DNA of 64,000 nucleotides from assembly GCA_015063485.1 (NCBI GenBank), contig SVUA01000002.1, positions 1,454 to 65,453 on the forward strand. Reading direction: 5' to 3'. The translations under genes and the position numbers were made by a program. The stretch's first letter is position 1; each line of letters opens with the position of its first letter. This stretch comes from Oscillospiraceae bacterium. Lineage in GTDB: Bacteria; Bacillota; Clostridia; Oscillospirales; CAG-272. This document shows positions 1 to 8,288 of this stretch, piece by piece. Below the pieces are notes generated by a model. The model was given only the letters and a program-made list of their open reading frames with translations, ran no database searches and was not told where the DNA came from.

Positions 1-1
1 A

Positions 2-103
2 CAGATAGAATATCTCCTCACGGAATGTGTCAAGCAACGCAAAAAAGACGGCAAGTACGTACCTCACGAGCTTGACACACCGCCTGAATTTGATATCAAA
101 TAA
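2..103 (+). CDS. 3' end of an unidentified gene (5' part lies outside the window)
   Basis: Frame 2 is open from the window edge (...QRKKDGKYVPHELDTPPEFDIK) to TAA at 101-103. A strong hairpin terminator follows. The fragment is too short to assign a family. Confidence 0.35.
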   Translation, partial: QIEYLLTECVKQRKKDGKYVPHELDTPPEFDIK

Positions 104-112
104 AAAGACACA

Positions 113-156
113 CCGCCAAGAGCGACCAAACGGTCGCTCTTGGCGGTATTTTTTTA
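113..156. terminator. bidirectional rho-independent terminator between convergent genes
   Basis: 15-bp perfect stem CCGCCAAGAGCGACC (113-127) / GGTCGCTCTTGGCGG (132-146) with loop AAAC. It is followed by a T-run at 149-155 and preceded by an A-run at 102-106. Confidence 0.75.
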
Positions 157-2502
157 TTATTCTTTATCGGCTATCTTTTTTGCCCGTTCAACGTATTCTT
201 TAAAGCGATCCTCGTTTCTTACAGAATTGAACCACTCCCAGCCGTGACGCGCGGTCATGCCGTAATACATAAGATTACAAGTTCCCTCAAATAAATGATC
301 GTAGGTTATCGGTTCTGTTGTATCGTCGGGAAGTTTTATCAGACCCTTTCCCTTAACAACCTTAATACCGCCATAAATCAGTGGATCACCCACATCCAAT
401 TCAGTTCCATCGGTAATATTGTCCCACTTTGTATAGGCTTCAAATGCTTTTTCAAGCCACTCGTATCCTTCGTCTTTTCTCTCACAACCAAACAAAGCAC
501 ACGCGGTACGGAAGATTGTGCTTGCGTAATGTCCGAGCCAAGCATTAGGTACTTCCCCATCGCCAAGCCCCTCCATTATCTTAACACGATATTTGTTCCA
601 TGCGACCGCCTTCTCGGGTGCTGCCCAATACCTTGACGGACGACCAAAGAAATGGCAAAGAAGATGAAAATTGTTAACGTCGTGACAAAGACGGCTTTCC
701 TTGTGCTTACCTGCATCCCACAAACGATCTTCTACAATCTCTGCTTCAATAAAGCTATACTGCGTAATCGGTGGCGGAACTTCTCGGATACCCGTACGGT
801 CGGAAAATACGACGATATCGCCGTCATCGTCTGCAACGTAGGTATATTCCACCGCGCCCACAAAGCCGTCGGTAAGACCGATCGCGTCGTATCGGCGCAT
901 AAAACCGTCAGCGAGAGGCATAAATTCCTCGCCTGTTCCCTCGTAAGAGGTCAGCTCGTAAACTGCCGTTCTCGCGCCGCCGCAATATTCGTTTTCAACG
1001 CGCACGATTCCGATACCCTTGGCAAAATAATAGACCTTTTTGCCGCCGCGGTACGACAGGCCGCCATCCATTCCGCCGATATCGAGGCAGAGCTTGAAGC
1101 AGTTTTCAAACTCTCCCGCCTTTGTTCTGACCGTTCCGCCATCCTCACAGGTTATCTGCGTTTTGACGGTTCTGTCCCATTTCGTATATTCAATGATAGG
1201 CGACGCTCCGACACGCCACTCGTCCGACCAGATGCAGTTCGTTGCATCCTGCAAAATACCTAAAATATCATTATAAAGAATGGGACGCTCAGAAGCCATG
1301 CTACCGTCATTTTTCCATTCAAACGACCAACGCGGATTGTAGTCGGTGAGATACAAGGAATCGTTTTTCTTTCGAATATATTCTCTGCCAAAGAAATTCC
1401 AATGTCCAGTAGCTGTACACTCGGGATTGAACTTGGTATCTGTCGCAAGTATACGGCGCGCGACCGATGCCGCCGCCTTGGTGTACGCCTTTTCCATAGG
1501 AGTCGCGGCAAGAAGTTCAGCACGCTCAATGGCGGGATAAACGTCACAAATATACTGTCCGCCGCCCTTCTTTGTATGATAATACTCGTTGGCGATCTCT
1601 TGTACCGTATCAAGCCAAGAATTTTTATCATAGCCTATCCTTTCGGTATTTACCCAATAGGAAACAAGAGTACGTTCGTCATCGGCAAAGGAGACCTTAA
1701 TTTTTAATTCAGACAAGAGTACATCGGGCGAATGATTGGAGACGTATTCCCAAGTATTTCCCGAAGCACATGGAAGAAGTCCGCTTCCGCCTTTTATCTC
1801 GTATGTACTAAGAGTACAGGTGTCTGTCGTTCCGTCGGTAATATGATCCTGACGAACGATGCCTACACCGTCTTTGTAGTAGGTTTTACATATTATTTTT
1901 TGCGTATCCGTCCATCGTCTGACCTCCCAAAGCTGACAGCTTTCAAATCTGCCCGCGGGAGTATCTACCGACTCATTATCGGAGATAAACGAAAGCCTTG
2001 TTCCGTCAGAACCCACAAAGCTTTCTCCGAGAGAAATATCCGCAAAGAAATACCCGTCACAGCTTGACGCGTTGCGTAAGATACGTGCGTTCTGTCTGTC
2101 TATTGAGCAAAGATAGCCTTCTCCAAAGCTTTCCTGTGCCCAAAATCGCGGCTTGCCGTCTATAATACGATATTCTTCCGCAGTACCGCCAATCAGATAG
2201 CGTTCTTTTACTGCTTCCTTATACCGTGTTGCTAATTCCTCCTCCATTTTTCTCGCAAGAGGAACGAGTGCGCGATAGGCGTCCCCATCGCTGAGTATAT
2301 GCTCTACCTTGTCGTATGCGGCGTGTCCCTCTTCCCTTTTTCCGTTGCGGAAGAGATAATATCCGAGCCAGAACCATTCGCGCCCGAGAGCCTTTACAAA
2401 TCCCGCTTTTTCAAGGCGCGGGATCTGCTTGTCGCGGATAAATTCAATTTTCGCACTCTTTCCCGATACCCTTGAATCCTCACGGGTGACGATAAAGGTC
2501 AT
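157..2502 (-). CDS. hypothetical soluble 781-aa protein, translationally coupled to the upstream ECF sigma factor
   Basis: The ATG at 2502-2500 shares its A with the TAA stop of the sigma gene (TAATG). No signal peptide or TM helix is visible. There are two internal copies of a beta-rich module: VDTPAGRFESCQLWEV..YYKDGVGIVRQ..STYEIKGG and VRTKAGEFENCFKLCL..YYFAKGIGIVRVE..ELTSYEGTG. W/Y-rich helical regions flank these modules. No family recognised. Confidence 0.8.
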   Translation of the reverse strand: MTFIVTREDSRVSGKSAKIEFIRDKQIPRLEKAGFVKALGREWFWLGYYLFRNGKREEGHAAYDKVEHILSDGDAYRALVPLARKMEEELATRYKEAVKERYLIGGTAEEYRIIDGKPRFWAQESFGEGYLCSIDRQNARILRNASSCDGYFFADISLGESFVGSDGTRLSFISDNESVDTPAGRFESCQLWEVRRWTDTQKIICKTYYKDGVGIVRQDHITDGTTDTCTLSTYEIKGGSGLLPCASGNTWEYVSNHSPDVLLSELKIKVSFADDERTLVSYWVNTERIGYDKNSWLDTVQEIANEYYHTKKGGGQYICDVYPAIERAELLAATPMEKAYTKAAASVARRILATDTKFNPECTATGHWNFFGREYIRKKNDSLYLTDYNPRWSFEWKNDGSMASERPILYNDILGILQDATNCIWSDEWRVGASPIIEYTKWDRTVKTQITCEDGGTVRTKAGEFENCFKLCLDIGGMDGGLSYRGGKKVYYFAKGIGIVRVENEYCGGARTAVYELTSYEGTGEEFMPLADGFMRRYDAIGLTDGFVGAVEYTYVADDDGDIVVFSDRTGIREVPPPITQYSFIEAEIVEDRLWDAGKHKESRLCHDVNNFHLLCHFFGRPSRYWAAPEKAVAWNKYRVKIMEGLGDGEVPNAWLGHYASTIFRTACALFGCERKDEGYEWLEKAFEAYTKWDNITDGTELDVGDPLIYGGIKVVKGKGLIKLPDDTTEPITYDHLFEGTCNLMYYGMTARHGWEWFNSVRNEDRFKEYVERAKKIADKE

Positions 2503-3320
2503 TACCTCCTCGTTCTTGCCATCGAGTGCCGCCTCTGCAATACGGCGAAAAGCGCGTCGTTCTTTTTACCCGGAAGCCACCACCAGCCACGCATCAAGAC
2601 ATCGGCAAGCGCGTGTTGCTTTTCCTTACATTCGGGAAGCTCCTCGACCTCATGAAGAACTTCTTTATATTCCTTTTCAAATCCGCTCTTATCGTTTTTG
2701 ACCTGCCATAATTTAAGCTCCTCAACCTTTTTCATAACACGCTGCACAAGCGTATCACTATACTTTTCATTCATAGCGCAAAGCTCCTTTCTGATCCGTT
2801 TTCTTCCGTCGTGAAGCTGCCACTTGACCGTTCCCTCGGAAATGCGCATTCTATCCGCGATATCCGCTATGGAAAGTCCCTCAAAATAGTGCAGATGAAT
2901 TATCTGACGCACCTTTTCGGGCAGCATCTCAACACTTTTGTTGACCTCGTTTCTTTCCTCGGACAATGCATAAAGCTCTGCGGGATTCTCCGCACCGTCA
3001 TCGGAAATGTTCAGATTTTCCACTATGTCAAACGGAAGAAAGCTGCGGTAACGGCTTATCATATTCAAAGCACAGTTCTTGGCGATACGGCAGACCCAAG
3101 CGCCGTACTTTTTCGGCTCTTGCAGGGTATTAAGCTTCATCCAAGCCGTAACAAAAGCGTCCTGCGCCGCGTCTTCTGCCATAAAATGATTTTTGGTAAC
3201 AGATATCGCGGAAGCTATTACCGCTCTTTGATAGCGTGTTACCAAGACCTCATATGCCGTTTGCTCGCCCGCAAGTGTAAGCATTACCAATGTCTCGTCT
3301 GTTTCGTTATAATAGTACAA
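2502..3320 (-). CDS. ECF-type (group 4) sigma-70 family RNA polymerase sigma factor with a ~90-aa C-terminal extension
   Basis: Region 2 (DAAQDAFVTAWMKL) and the region 4 HTH (LSIADIADRMRISEGTVKWQLHDGRKRIR) lie within the first ~180 aa. About 90 extra residues follow (..LADVLMRGWWWLPGKK..). The TTG start at 3320 is preceded by AAAGGAGAA. Confidence 0.8.
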   Translation of the reverse strand: MYYYNETDETLVMLTLAGEQTAYEVLVTRYQRAVIASAISVTKNHFMAEDAAQDAFVTAWMKLNTLQEPKKYGAWVCRIAKNCALNMISRYRSFLPFDIVENLNISDDGAENPAELYALSEERNEVNKSVEMLPEKVRQIIHLHYFEGLSIADIADRMRISEGTVKWQLHDGRKRIRKELCAMNEKYSDTLVQRVMKKVEELKLWQVKNDKSGFEKEYKEVLHEVEELPECKEKQHALADVLMRGWWWLPGKKNDALFAVLQRRHSMARTRR

Positions 3321-3466
3321 TATGCATTCTCCTTTGTAAGATCGAAAATTTTCGTTTTTTAAGCGCTTGTCTTTTAGACACAGATCAAAATAAAAAGGTT
3401 GGGGGTTTTTAATAATTATATCATAAATTTGTGAATTAGTCTACGTATACTTTTTAGTCCCATATC

Positions 3467-3495
3467 TTGACACGTAATGTTTTTGATGTTATAAT
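3467..3495 (+). promoter_or_regulatory. sigma-A type promoter for the riboswitch-controlled operon
   Basis: TTGACA (3467-3472), 17-nt spacer, TATAAT (3490-3495), with TGATGT upstream of the -10. Confidence 0.6.
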
Positions 3496-3508
3496 TATAT
3501 GGTATATT

Positions 3509-3631
3509 GATCGATAAGCGACTGCACACGGGTCGCTTCAAGTAGGGAAAGTACGGTGAAAAGCCGTCGCAGCAGCCACTGCCGTAATAAAGGTGTGCCG
3601 CCTTTTAAGTCGGAAGGCCTGCCGATCGATA
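3509..3631 (+). promoter_or_regulatory. cobalamin (B12) riboswitch
   Basis: The core GGGAAAGTACGGTGAAAAGCCGTCGCAGCAGCCACTGCCGTAA and the B12 box AAGTCGGAAGGCCTGCC (3607-3623) are present. P1 is ATCGAT/ATCGAT (3510-3515 / 3625-3630) and the P2 hairpin is AAGCGAC..GTCGCTT (3516-3538). This matches the cobalamin riboswitch consensus as I remember it. It sits between a consensus promoter and the first ORF. Confidence 0.85.
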
Positions 3632-3673
3632 TTTGGTAAAAAATACTTTGGGTAAATGAAAGGAAAAACCAAA

Positions 3674-4189
3674 ATGAAAAAAACAAAATTTTTACGTGTA
3701 TTAGCTCTTTTAATGGCGCTCTGTCTCGTTTCTCTGCTCTTTGTCGGATGCGAAAAAAACGATAAAGGCGACACAGCAGAAACAGGAACAACCGCAGAAT
3801 CTCTAACAGAAGCAGCCTCTCAAAACGTCAAGGGCTATTGCAAGATAGTTCTCGGCGACACAAACAAGACCGAATATGAGATAAACCTCGATCTTGTAAA
3901 AACAGATAAGGGGCTTTTATCGGTACTTGACTATCTCAAAGAAACCAAGGGGCTTACTTACGCTTGCGATGCTTCGGGCTTTCTGACCGAGGTAGGCGGC
4001 GTTAAGCAGGATACCGCTGCGGGCGTTTACATTTATCTTTATACCTCTGTCGTAAAGGATCAAGACGTGTCACAGTATGCTACAACTGTAAAATATAATG
4101 ATCTTACGCTCGTTAGCGCGGGAGTGGGTACAAAGGACATGACTATTGAAAAAGACGCGATTATCTACATAGGAACTATCGTTTGGTAA
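3674..4189 (+). CDS. lipoprotein, DUF4430/transcobalamin-like candidate B12-binding protein
   Basis: Signal peptide with lipobox (LLFVGC). ATG 3674 is preceded by AAAGGA (alternative ATG at 3656). The mature part (..GLLSVLDYLKETKGLTYACDASGFLTEVGGVK..GVYIYLY..) resembles DUF4430-type proteins. It is the first gene after a B12 riboswitch. Confidence 0.55.
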   Translation: MKKTKFLRVLALLMALCLVSLLFVGCEKNDKGDTAETGTTAESLTEAASQNVKGYCKIVLGDTNKTEYEINLDLVKTDKGLLSVLDYLKETKGLTYACDASGFLTEVGGVKQDTAAGVYIYLYTSVVKDQDVSQYATTVKYNDLTLVSAGVGTKDMTIEKDAIIYIGTIVW

Positions 4190-4713
4190 TGCGAAAAAAC
4201 ACTATCCTTCGTATTGCGCTTATAGGACTTATGGCAGCTATGCTCGAATGCGGAAAGCTTGTTCTTGCAGTTCTGCCAAACATCGAGGTCGTTACACTTC
4301 TGTGCGCTCTGTTCGGCTACGTTTTCGGCGGAGCGGGAGTTGTTGCTACCATCGTCTTTATCGCAATAGAGCCACTTATATACGGATTCGGCACTTGGAT
4401 GATATCCTACTGTTTATATTGGCCCCTCGTTACTATAATTTTTATGTTACTTGGACGCGCAAAGGTCAGAAACCGTGTGATACTGACCGTAATTGCCGTT
4501 ATTCTTACCGTTTGGTTCGGAGTTCTTAGCTCTCTCGTTGACACAGGATTGTTTTCGGGATATCTCGATAACTTCTTCTCACGATTTTCAATTATTTATC
4601 TTCGCGGAATAAGCTTCTACGTTACGCAGATACTCTGCAACGCAGTACTCTTCCCTCTTCTTTTCCGAACTCTGTCTGAACTTCTTATAAAATTGAAAAA
4701 ACGTATGATATAA
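4189..4713 (+). CDS. small multi-TM protein, ECF-transporter S-component-like (candidate corrinoid-specific)
   Basis: About 175 aa with ~6 hydrophobic helices, matching the size and topology of ECF S components. ATG 4189 overlaps the upstream stop (TAATG). It is under the same riboswitch. Confidence 0.45.
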   Translation: MRKNTILRIALIGLMAAMLECGKLVLAVLPNIEVVTLLCALFGYVFGGAGVVATIVFIAIEPLIYGFGTWMISYCLYWPLVTIIFMLLGRAKVRNRVILTVIAVILTVWFGVLSSLVDTGLFSGYLDNFFSRFSIIYLRGISFYVTQILCNAVLFPLLFRTLSELLIKLKKRMI

Positions 4714-4754
4714 AATCGACCCACTTGGGAAAATTCCAAGTGGGTCGATTTTTA
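4714..4754. terminator. bidirectional rho-independent terminator
   Basis: Stem AATCGACCCACTTGG / CCAAGTGGGTCGATT with loop GAAAATT, followed by a T-run. It lies between convergent genes. Confidence 0.8.
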
Positions 4755-4759
4755 TTCTT

Positions 4760-5461
4760 TTATTTTAAAAGTATCTCTCTGTTAGTTCCGTAAAAAATAT
4801 CGTCACGTCCTGCTATCTTCTGGCAAAATTTTTCCATCATATCCCATGAATCGTCAATATCAAATTCAAATGTATGCCCCCATATATAAAATATCTTTGG
4901 CGTTTCGGTTATTTCAGGCAATGCAAGAAATTCATCGGCAAGCTCGAAAAGTTTTTCCCAATTTTGATGATATACCGTAGGATCAAATCGATACAAATTA
5001 TCTTGAAGCTCAAAGCTATGATTTTCGGTGATCGTACGAGCGTATTTGATCTTTGTATTCTCGCGTATTACCTGCGCTACACGGTCGTCGTTATTTACTC
5101 CGCCGCATGGGTATGCCATTCCAACGACCTCATATCCGCATATACGCTCAAGATTTTTTCTGTCCTCTTCTACCTGTCTTATTACCTCGGCATCGTCAAG
5201 CGTTGTCAAACGAGGATGATCTAGCGTATGTACCGCTATCTCGTGTCCTGCGTATATATCGGCTATCTCCTCGGCGGTAGGCTTACAGTGAGCTACCGTT
5301 ACGCCATTCCTGATAAGAGAATTAGGTTCTCCGAATTTATTGGAATTGAGATTAAAAGTTGCCCTCAACCCGTATTTATTAAGCATTTTTATAAAACGCT
5401 TATCTTGTGTAGAACCGTCATCGTAACTAAACGTTACCGCTTTCATTCTTCCGTCAAACAT
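4760..5461 (-). CDS. polysaccharide deacetylase (NodB homology / CE4 family)
   Basis: Carries the TFSYDDG and HEIAVHTLDHP motifs typical of NodB-domain deacetylases. No signal peptide. Confidence 0.8.
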   Translation of the reverse strand: MFDGRMKAVTFSYDDGSTQDKRFIKMLNKYGLRATFNLNSNKFGEPNSLIRNGVTVAHCKPTAEEIADIYAGHEIAVHTLDHPRLTTLDDAEVIRQVEEDRKNLERICGYEVVGMAYPCGGVNNDDRVAQVIRENTKIKYARTITENHSFELQDNLYRFDPTVYHQNWEKLFELADEFLALPEITETPKIFYIWGHTFEFDIDDSWDMMEKFCQKIAGRDDIFYGTNREILLK

Positions 5462-5462
5462 T

Positions 5463-6026
5463 TTACATCCTCTCTCTCTTTGTATTCTTTAAAAACCAAT
5501 CCTGTCTTGAGATGCATGAAACATACTCGTTTCTGCTTGCGCCCAAGGAATCCCAATAAACGTTTTTATTAACGTGATGCGGAGAAAAGCCAAGCTTCTC
5601 TTGAACCTTTTGCGAGGACAGATTCCCTTCAATGTAACTGCAAAAAACTCTTTGCATCGAAAGATCCTCAAACGCGTGACGTATGAGCACACTCGCCGCC
5701 TCGGTGCAATATCCGTTTTCCCAATAAGGTACGCCTAACCAATATCCAAGCTCACAATCGGTTTTGGAAAGACCAATATTGCTATTGTGGTACGTCATAA
5801 GCCCCACGCTTCCGATCACTTCGCCCGTTGAACGCAAAACAAGCGCGTATATCTCGGGTTGAGAGTAAACGTCTCTTATGACCGCAAGACTTTCCTTTGG
5901 ACTTTTATGCGGTCTCCAGCCTGCCACTACACTTACGCGAGGATCTTGGGCAAGTCTATATAAGCTTTTGGCATCTGTTTCGCGCCATGCGCGAAGTATC
6001 AGCCTTTTCGTCATAAGTACGGGCAT
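5463..6026 (-). CDS. GNAT family N-acetyltransferase (RimJ/RimL-like)
   Basis: The N-terminus TKRLILRAWRETDAKSLYRLAQDPRV and the ..GYWLGVPYWENGYCTEA.. segment are typical of Acetyltransf_3-type GNATs. Confidence 0.8.
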   Translation of the reverse strand: MPVLMTKRLILRAWRETDAKSLYRLAQDPRVSVVAGWRPHKSPKESLAVIRDVYSQPEIYALVLRSTGEVIGSVGLMTYHNSNIGLSKTDCELGYWLGVPYWENGYCTEAASVLIRHAFEDLSMQRVFCSYIEGNLSSQKVQEKLGFSPHHVNKNVYWDSLGASRNEYVSCISRQDWFLKNTKRERM

Positions 6027-6060
6027 TAGCGTATCCTTTCATTTTTTATTTTACAAAAAA

Positions 6061-6089
6061 ATTATACCACAAAAAGCATCTATTGTCAA
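6061..6089 (-). promoter_or_regulatory. sigma-A type promoter for the GNAT-deacetylase pair
   Basis: On the minus strand: TTGACA (6089-6084), 17 nt, TATAAT (6066-6061), with a TGTGG -16 extension. Confidence 0.6.
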
Positions 6090-6092
6090 CAC

Positions 6093-6128
6093 AAAAAGCC
6101 GTTCGCGCATTTGCGCGAACGGCTTTTT
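6093..6128. terminator. rho-independent terminator ending the large ABC operon (bidirectional geometry)
   Basis: Stem GCCGTTCGCGCA / TGCGCGAACGGC, flanked by AAAAA on one side and TTTTT on the other. Confidence 0.75.
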
Positions 6129-6168
6129 GTATATGACCGATATGAAATATCGGTGTTTTGCAGTAGTA

Positions 6169-7296
6169 TCAGTCTGCGGTAAGACCCGAACGTTCAATAC
6201 CCTGTACGAGATATCTCTGACAGAAGAGATACATAACGATAAGGGGAAGAATGATCATAATTCCGCAAGTGTTACGGATTGCAGCTTCGTAGAGGTTCTG
6301 TCCTGCATAATCTGTATCAAGAGATGAAGGAATACCAACGATCTTAGGCATCAAAACGATATCCGAGCTATCCGTGAAGAATACCGTAGTGTAGAAGTCG
6401 TCGGTCCACTGCCACGAGAACGCGAACAGGAACACGGTGATCATCATAGGTACGGACAAAGGAAGAATGATCGTGAAGAAGGTGTGCATAACACCCGATC
6501 CGTCGATGTACGCGGACTCTTCAAGCTCATCGGGTACGCCTCTGAAGAACTGACGAAGCATAAAGATATAAAGACCGTTCTTAAATGCAAGACCACAAAG
6601 TGAAAGAATGATCAAAGGCCAATAAGAGTCAGTCAATTTAAGACCCTGTGCGCCGTCAAGGAACTTTTCAAAGGTGTCGGGAATAATATCAATAGACTTC
6701 ATAAACTCCGGACAGAAGTTCTTTCCGAAGAAGTTGATACCGCCTCCGTTCAAGAAGTTTCCGATTCCGAAAATATCGAAATAACGGAAATTCATAAACA
6801 TTGAAAGCTGAAGCGTCTGGTGAGGAATTACGAGCGAGAAAATAACCGCCATAAATACCAGCTTGTTACCTTTAAACTTAAACTTTGCAAGTCCGTATCC
6901 TACAAGACAGCAGATAAACGTCTGTATAAGTGCCGTGCTCAAGGAGAGGAAAAGCGTGTTTGTAAAGGCTTGGAGATAGTGTTGATCTACCCATATTGCT
7001 TTATAGGTATCAAGTGTAAAGTTCTTCGGGATAAGTCGTACCGTTACGTCAACGAAGTCATCGGGAGCCATGAATGAACCCGCGATCTTTGTGAAGAACG
7101 GGAAAAGTACGATGTAGGAAATACCGATCAGAAGAACAAGTCTGAACAAATACCATACTACTTTTTTCAAGAAGAAGAGAGACAAGAATTTTGCTTTAAG
7201 TCTTTCCTTCAAGGGAGTTCTTTCGAACTCTACTCTTATCTTGTTTTTGCTCTCTTTCGTTACCTTAGGCTTGTTGTCAATATTCTGTGCGTTCAT
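6169..7296 (-). CDS. carbohydrate ABC transporter permease (MalG-like), second pair
   Basis: Multi-TM protein with the EAA loop ESAYIDGSGVMHTFFTIILPLSVP. It has an unusually long N-terminus and a long extracytoplasmic loop. Confidence 0.8.
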   Translation of the reverse strand: MNAQNIDNKPKVTKESKNKIRVEFERTPLKERLKAKFLSLFFLKKVVWYLFRLVLLIGISYIVLFPFFTKIAGSFMAPDDFVDVTVRLIPKNFTLDTYKAIWVDQHYLQAFTNTLFLSLSTALIQTFICCLVGYGLAKFKFKGNKLVFMAVIFSLVIPHQTLQLSMFMNFRYFDIFGIGNFLNGGGINFFGKNFCPEFMKSIDIIPDTFEKFLDGAQGLKLTDSYWPLIILSLCGLAFKNGLYIFMLRQFFRGVPDELEESAYIDGSGVMHTFFTIILPLSVPMMITVFLFAFSWQWTDDFYTTVFFTDSSDIVLMPKIVGIPSSLDTDYAGQNLYEAAIRNTCGIMIILPLIVMYLFCQRYLVQGIERSGLTAD

Positions 7297-7307
7297 TCTT
7301 TACCTCC

Positions 7308-8267
7308 TTAATCACGTCTCTGGTAGAAGACGAATGCCGAGAATACTGCGGCAAAGATCGCGATGATTCCAATTACTATCAAGAAATACATCCATGCCAT
7401 TGCCGAGCCGATAACGTCTCCGTCGGTCTTCTGCGACATACCTGAAATGTACGTCATTACTACGTTCGATTCCGTTGTAAACGAGTCGATGATCGTATAA
7501 ACGGCATTAACAAGTATCATCGGGCTTATCATCGGGAACGTTATCTTCCAGAAGGTCTCCCAAGCGGTTGCACCGTCGATCTGTACCGACTCATAAATAG
7601 CGGGAGAGATAGACTGCAGACCCGAAAGGAAGATAAGCATCTGTACACCGGAGCGGTTTACGATATCGTAAATGTTATTTATCGCGGTTACAACGTATGT
7701 AACAAGACCTTCGCCGACCGCCATTCCTGAGAACAATCTTTCAACGTCCATCGCAGATACGATACTGTTCGCGGCGCTCTGTCCCGAACCGTCATCGATT
7801 CCTTCCGCGGAATCCATGTAAGAATTAAGAACGTTGTTCGCATCGATCGATTCCATAATACCCGTTGAAAGAATAACGGGAATAAAGAATATCGCGCGGA
7901 ATAAAGCTCTACCAACCATCTTCTGATTCAACAGAACTGCCATAAACAGCGAGAAGATAAGTATCATAGGAATATCGAATACCATATCCTTCAAGCCTGT
8001 AACGAGCGTTTGTACGTAATCTGCATCTTCAGTAATTGCATTTACGTAGTTTGCCCATCCAACGGGGGTAAATGCCATACCCCCGCCCATGATAGGTCTC
8101 ATCGTGTGGAAACTATACCAAATCGAATCGTAAACGATAGGTAAGTAAACCAAAATAAATCCAATTACGAAAGGAAGGACAAATATCCAACCCGCTCTTG
8201 CTTTTCTTTTATCAAGAGAGGCATTTTTTCTCTTTTTAGGAGCTTTTACTTTTACTTCTTTTGTCAT
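7308..8267 (-). CDS. sugar ABC transporter permease (MalF-like), second pair
   Basis: Multi-TM protein with the EAA loop ESVQIDGATAWETFWKITFPMISP. Confidence 0.8.
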   Translation of the reverse strand: MTKEVKVKAPKKRKNASLDKRKARAGWIFVLPFVIGFILVYLPIVYDSIWYSFHTMRPIMGGGMAFTPVGWANYVNAITEDADYVQTLVTGLKDMVFDIPMILIFSLFMAVLLNQKMVGRALFRAIFFIPVILSTGIMESIDANNVLNSYMDSAEGIDDGSGQSAANSIVSAMDVERLFSGMAVGEGLVTYVVTAINNIYDIVNRSGVQMLIFLSGLQSISPAIYESVQIDGATAWETFWKITFPMISPMILVNAVYTIIDSFTTESNVVMTYISGMSQKTDGDVIGSAMAWMYFLIVIGIIAIFAAVFSAFVFYQRRD

Positions 8268-8288
8268 TTTGCTTTTACCTCCCTTTCA

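Noticed and set aside
2495-2510. A frameshift or pseudogene explanation, in which the sigma factor and the 781-aa ORF were once a single fusion gene.
   Set aside because: The junction is a clean TAATG overlap with an ATG start. The same coupling device is used elsewhere in this window (4189, 54652). It cannot be fully excluded without resequencing or homologue comparison, so it is listed as a check under the finding.
3495-3791. Two minus-strand ORFs (98 and 78 aa) overlapping the riboswitch and the start of the lipoprotein gene.
   Set aside because: They lie antisense to a recognisable cobalamin riboswitch and to a signal-peptide-coding region. They have no expression signals.
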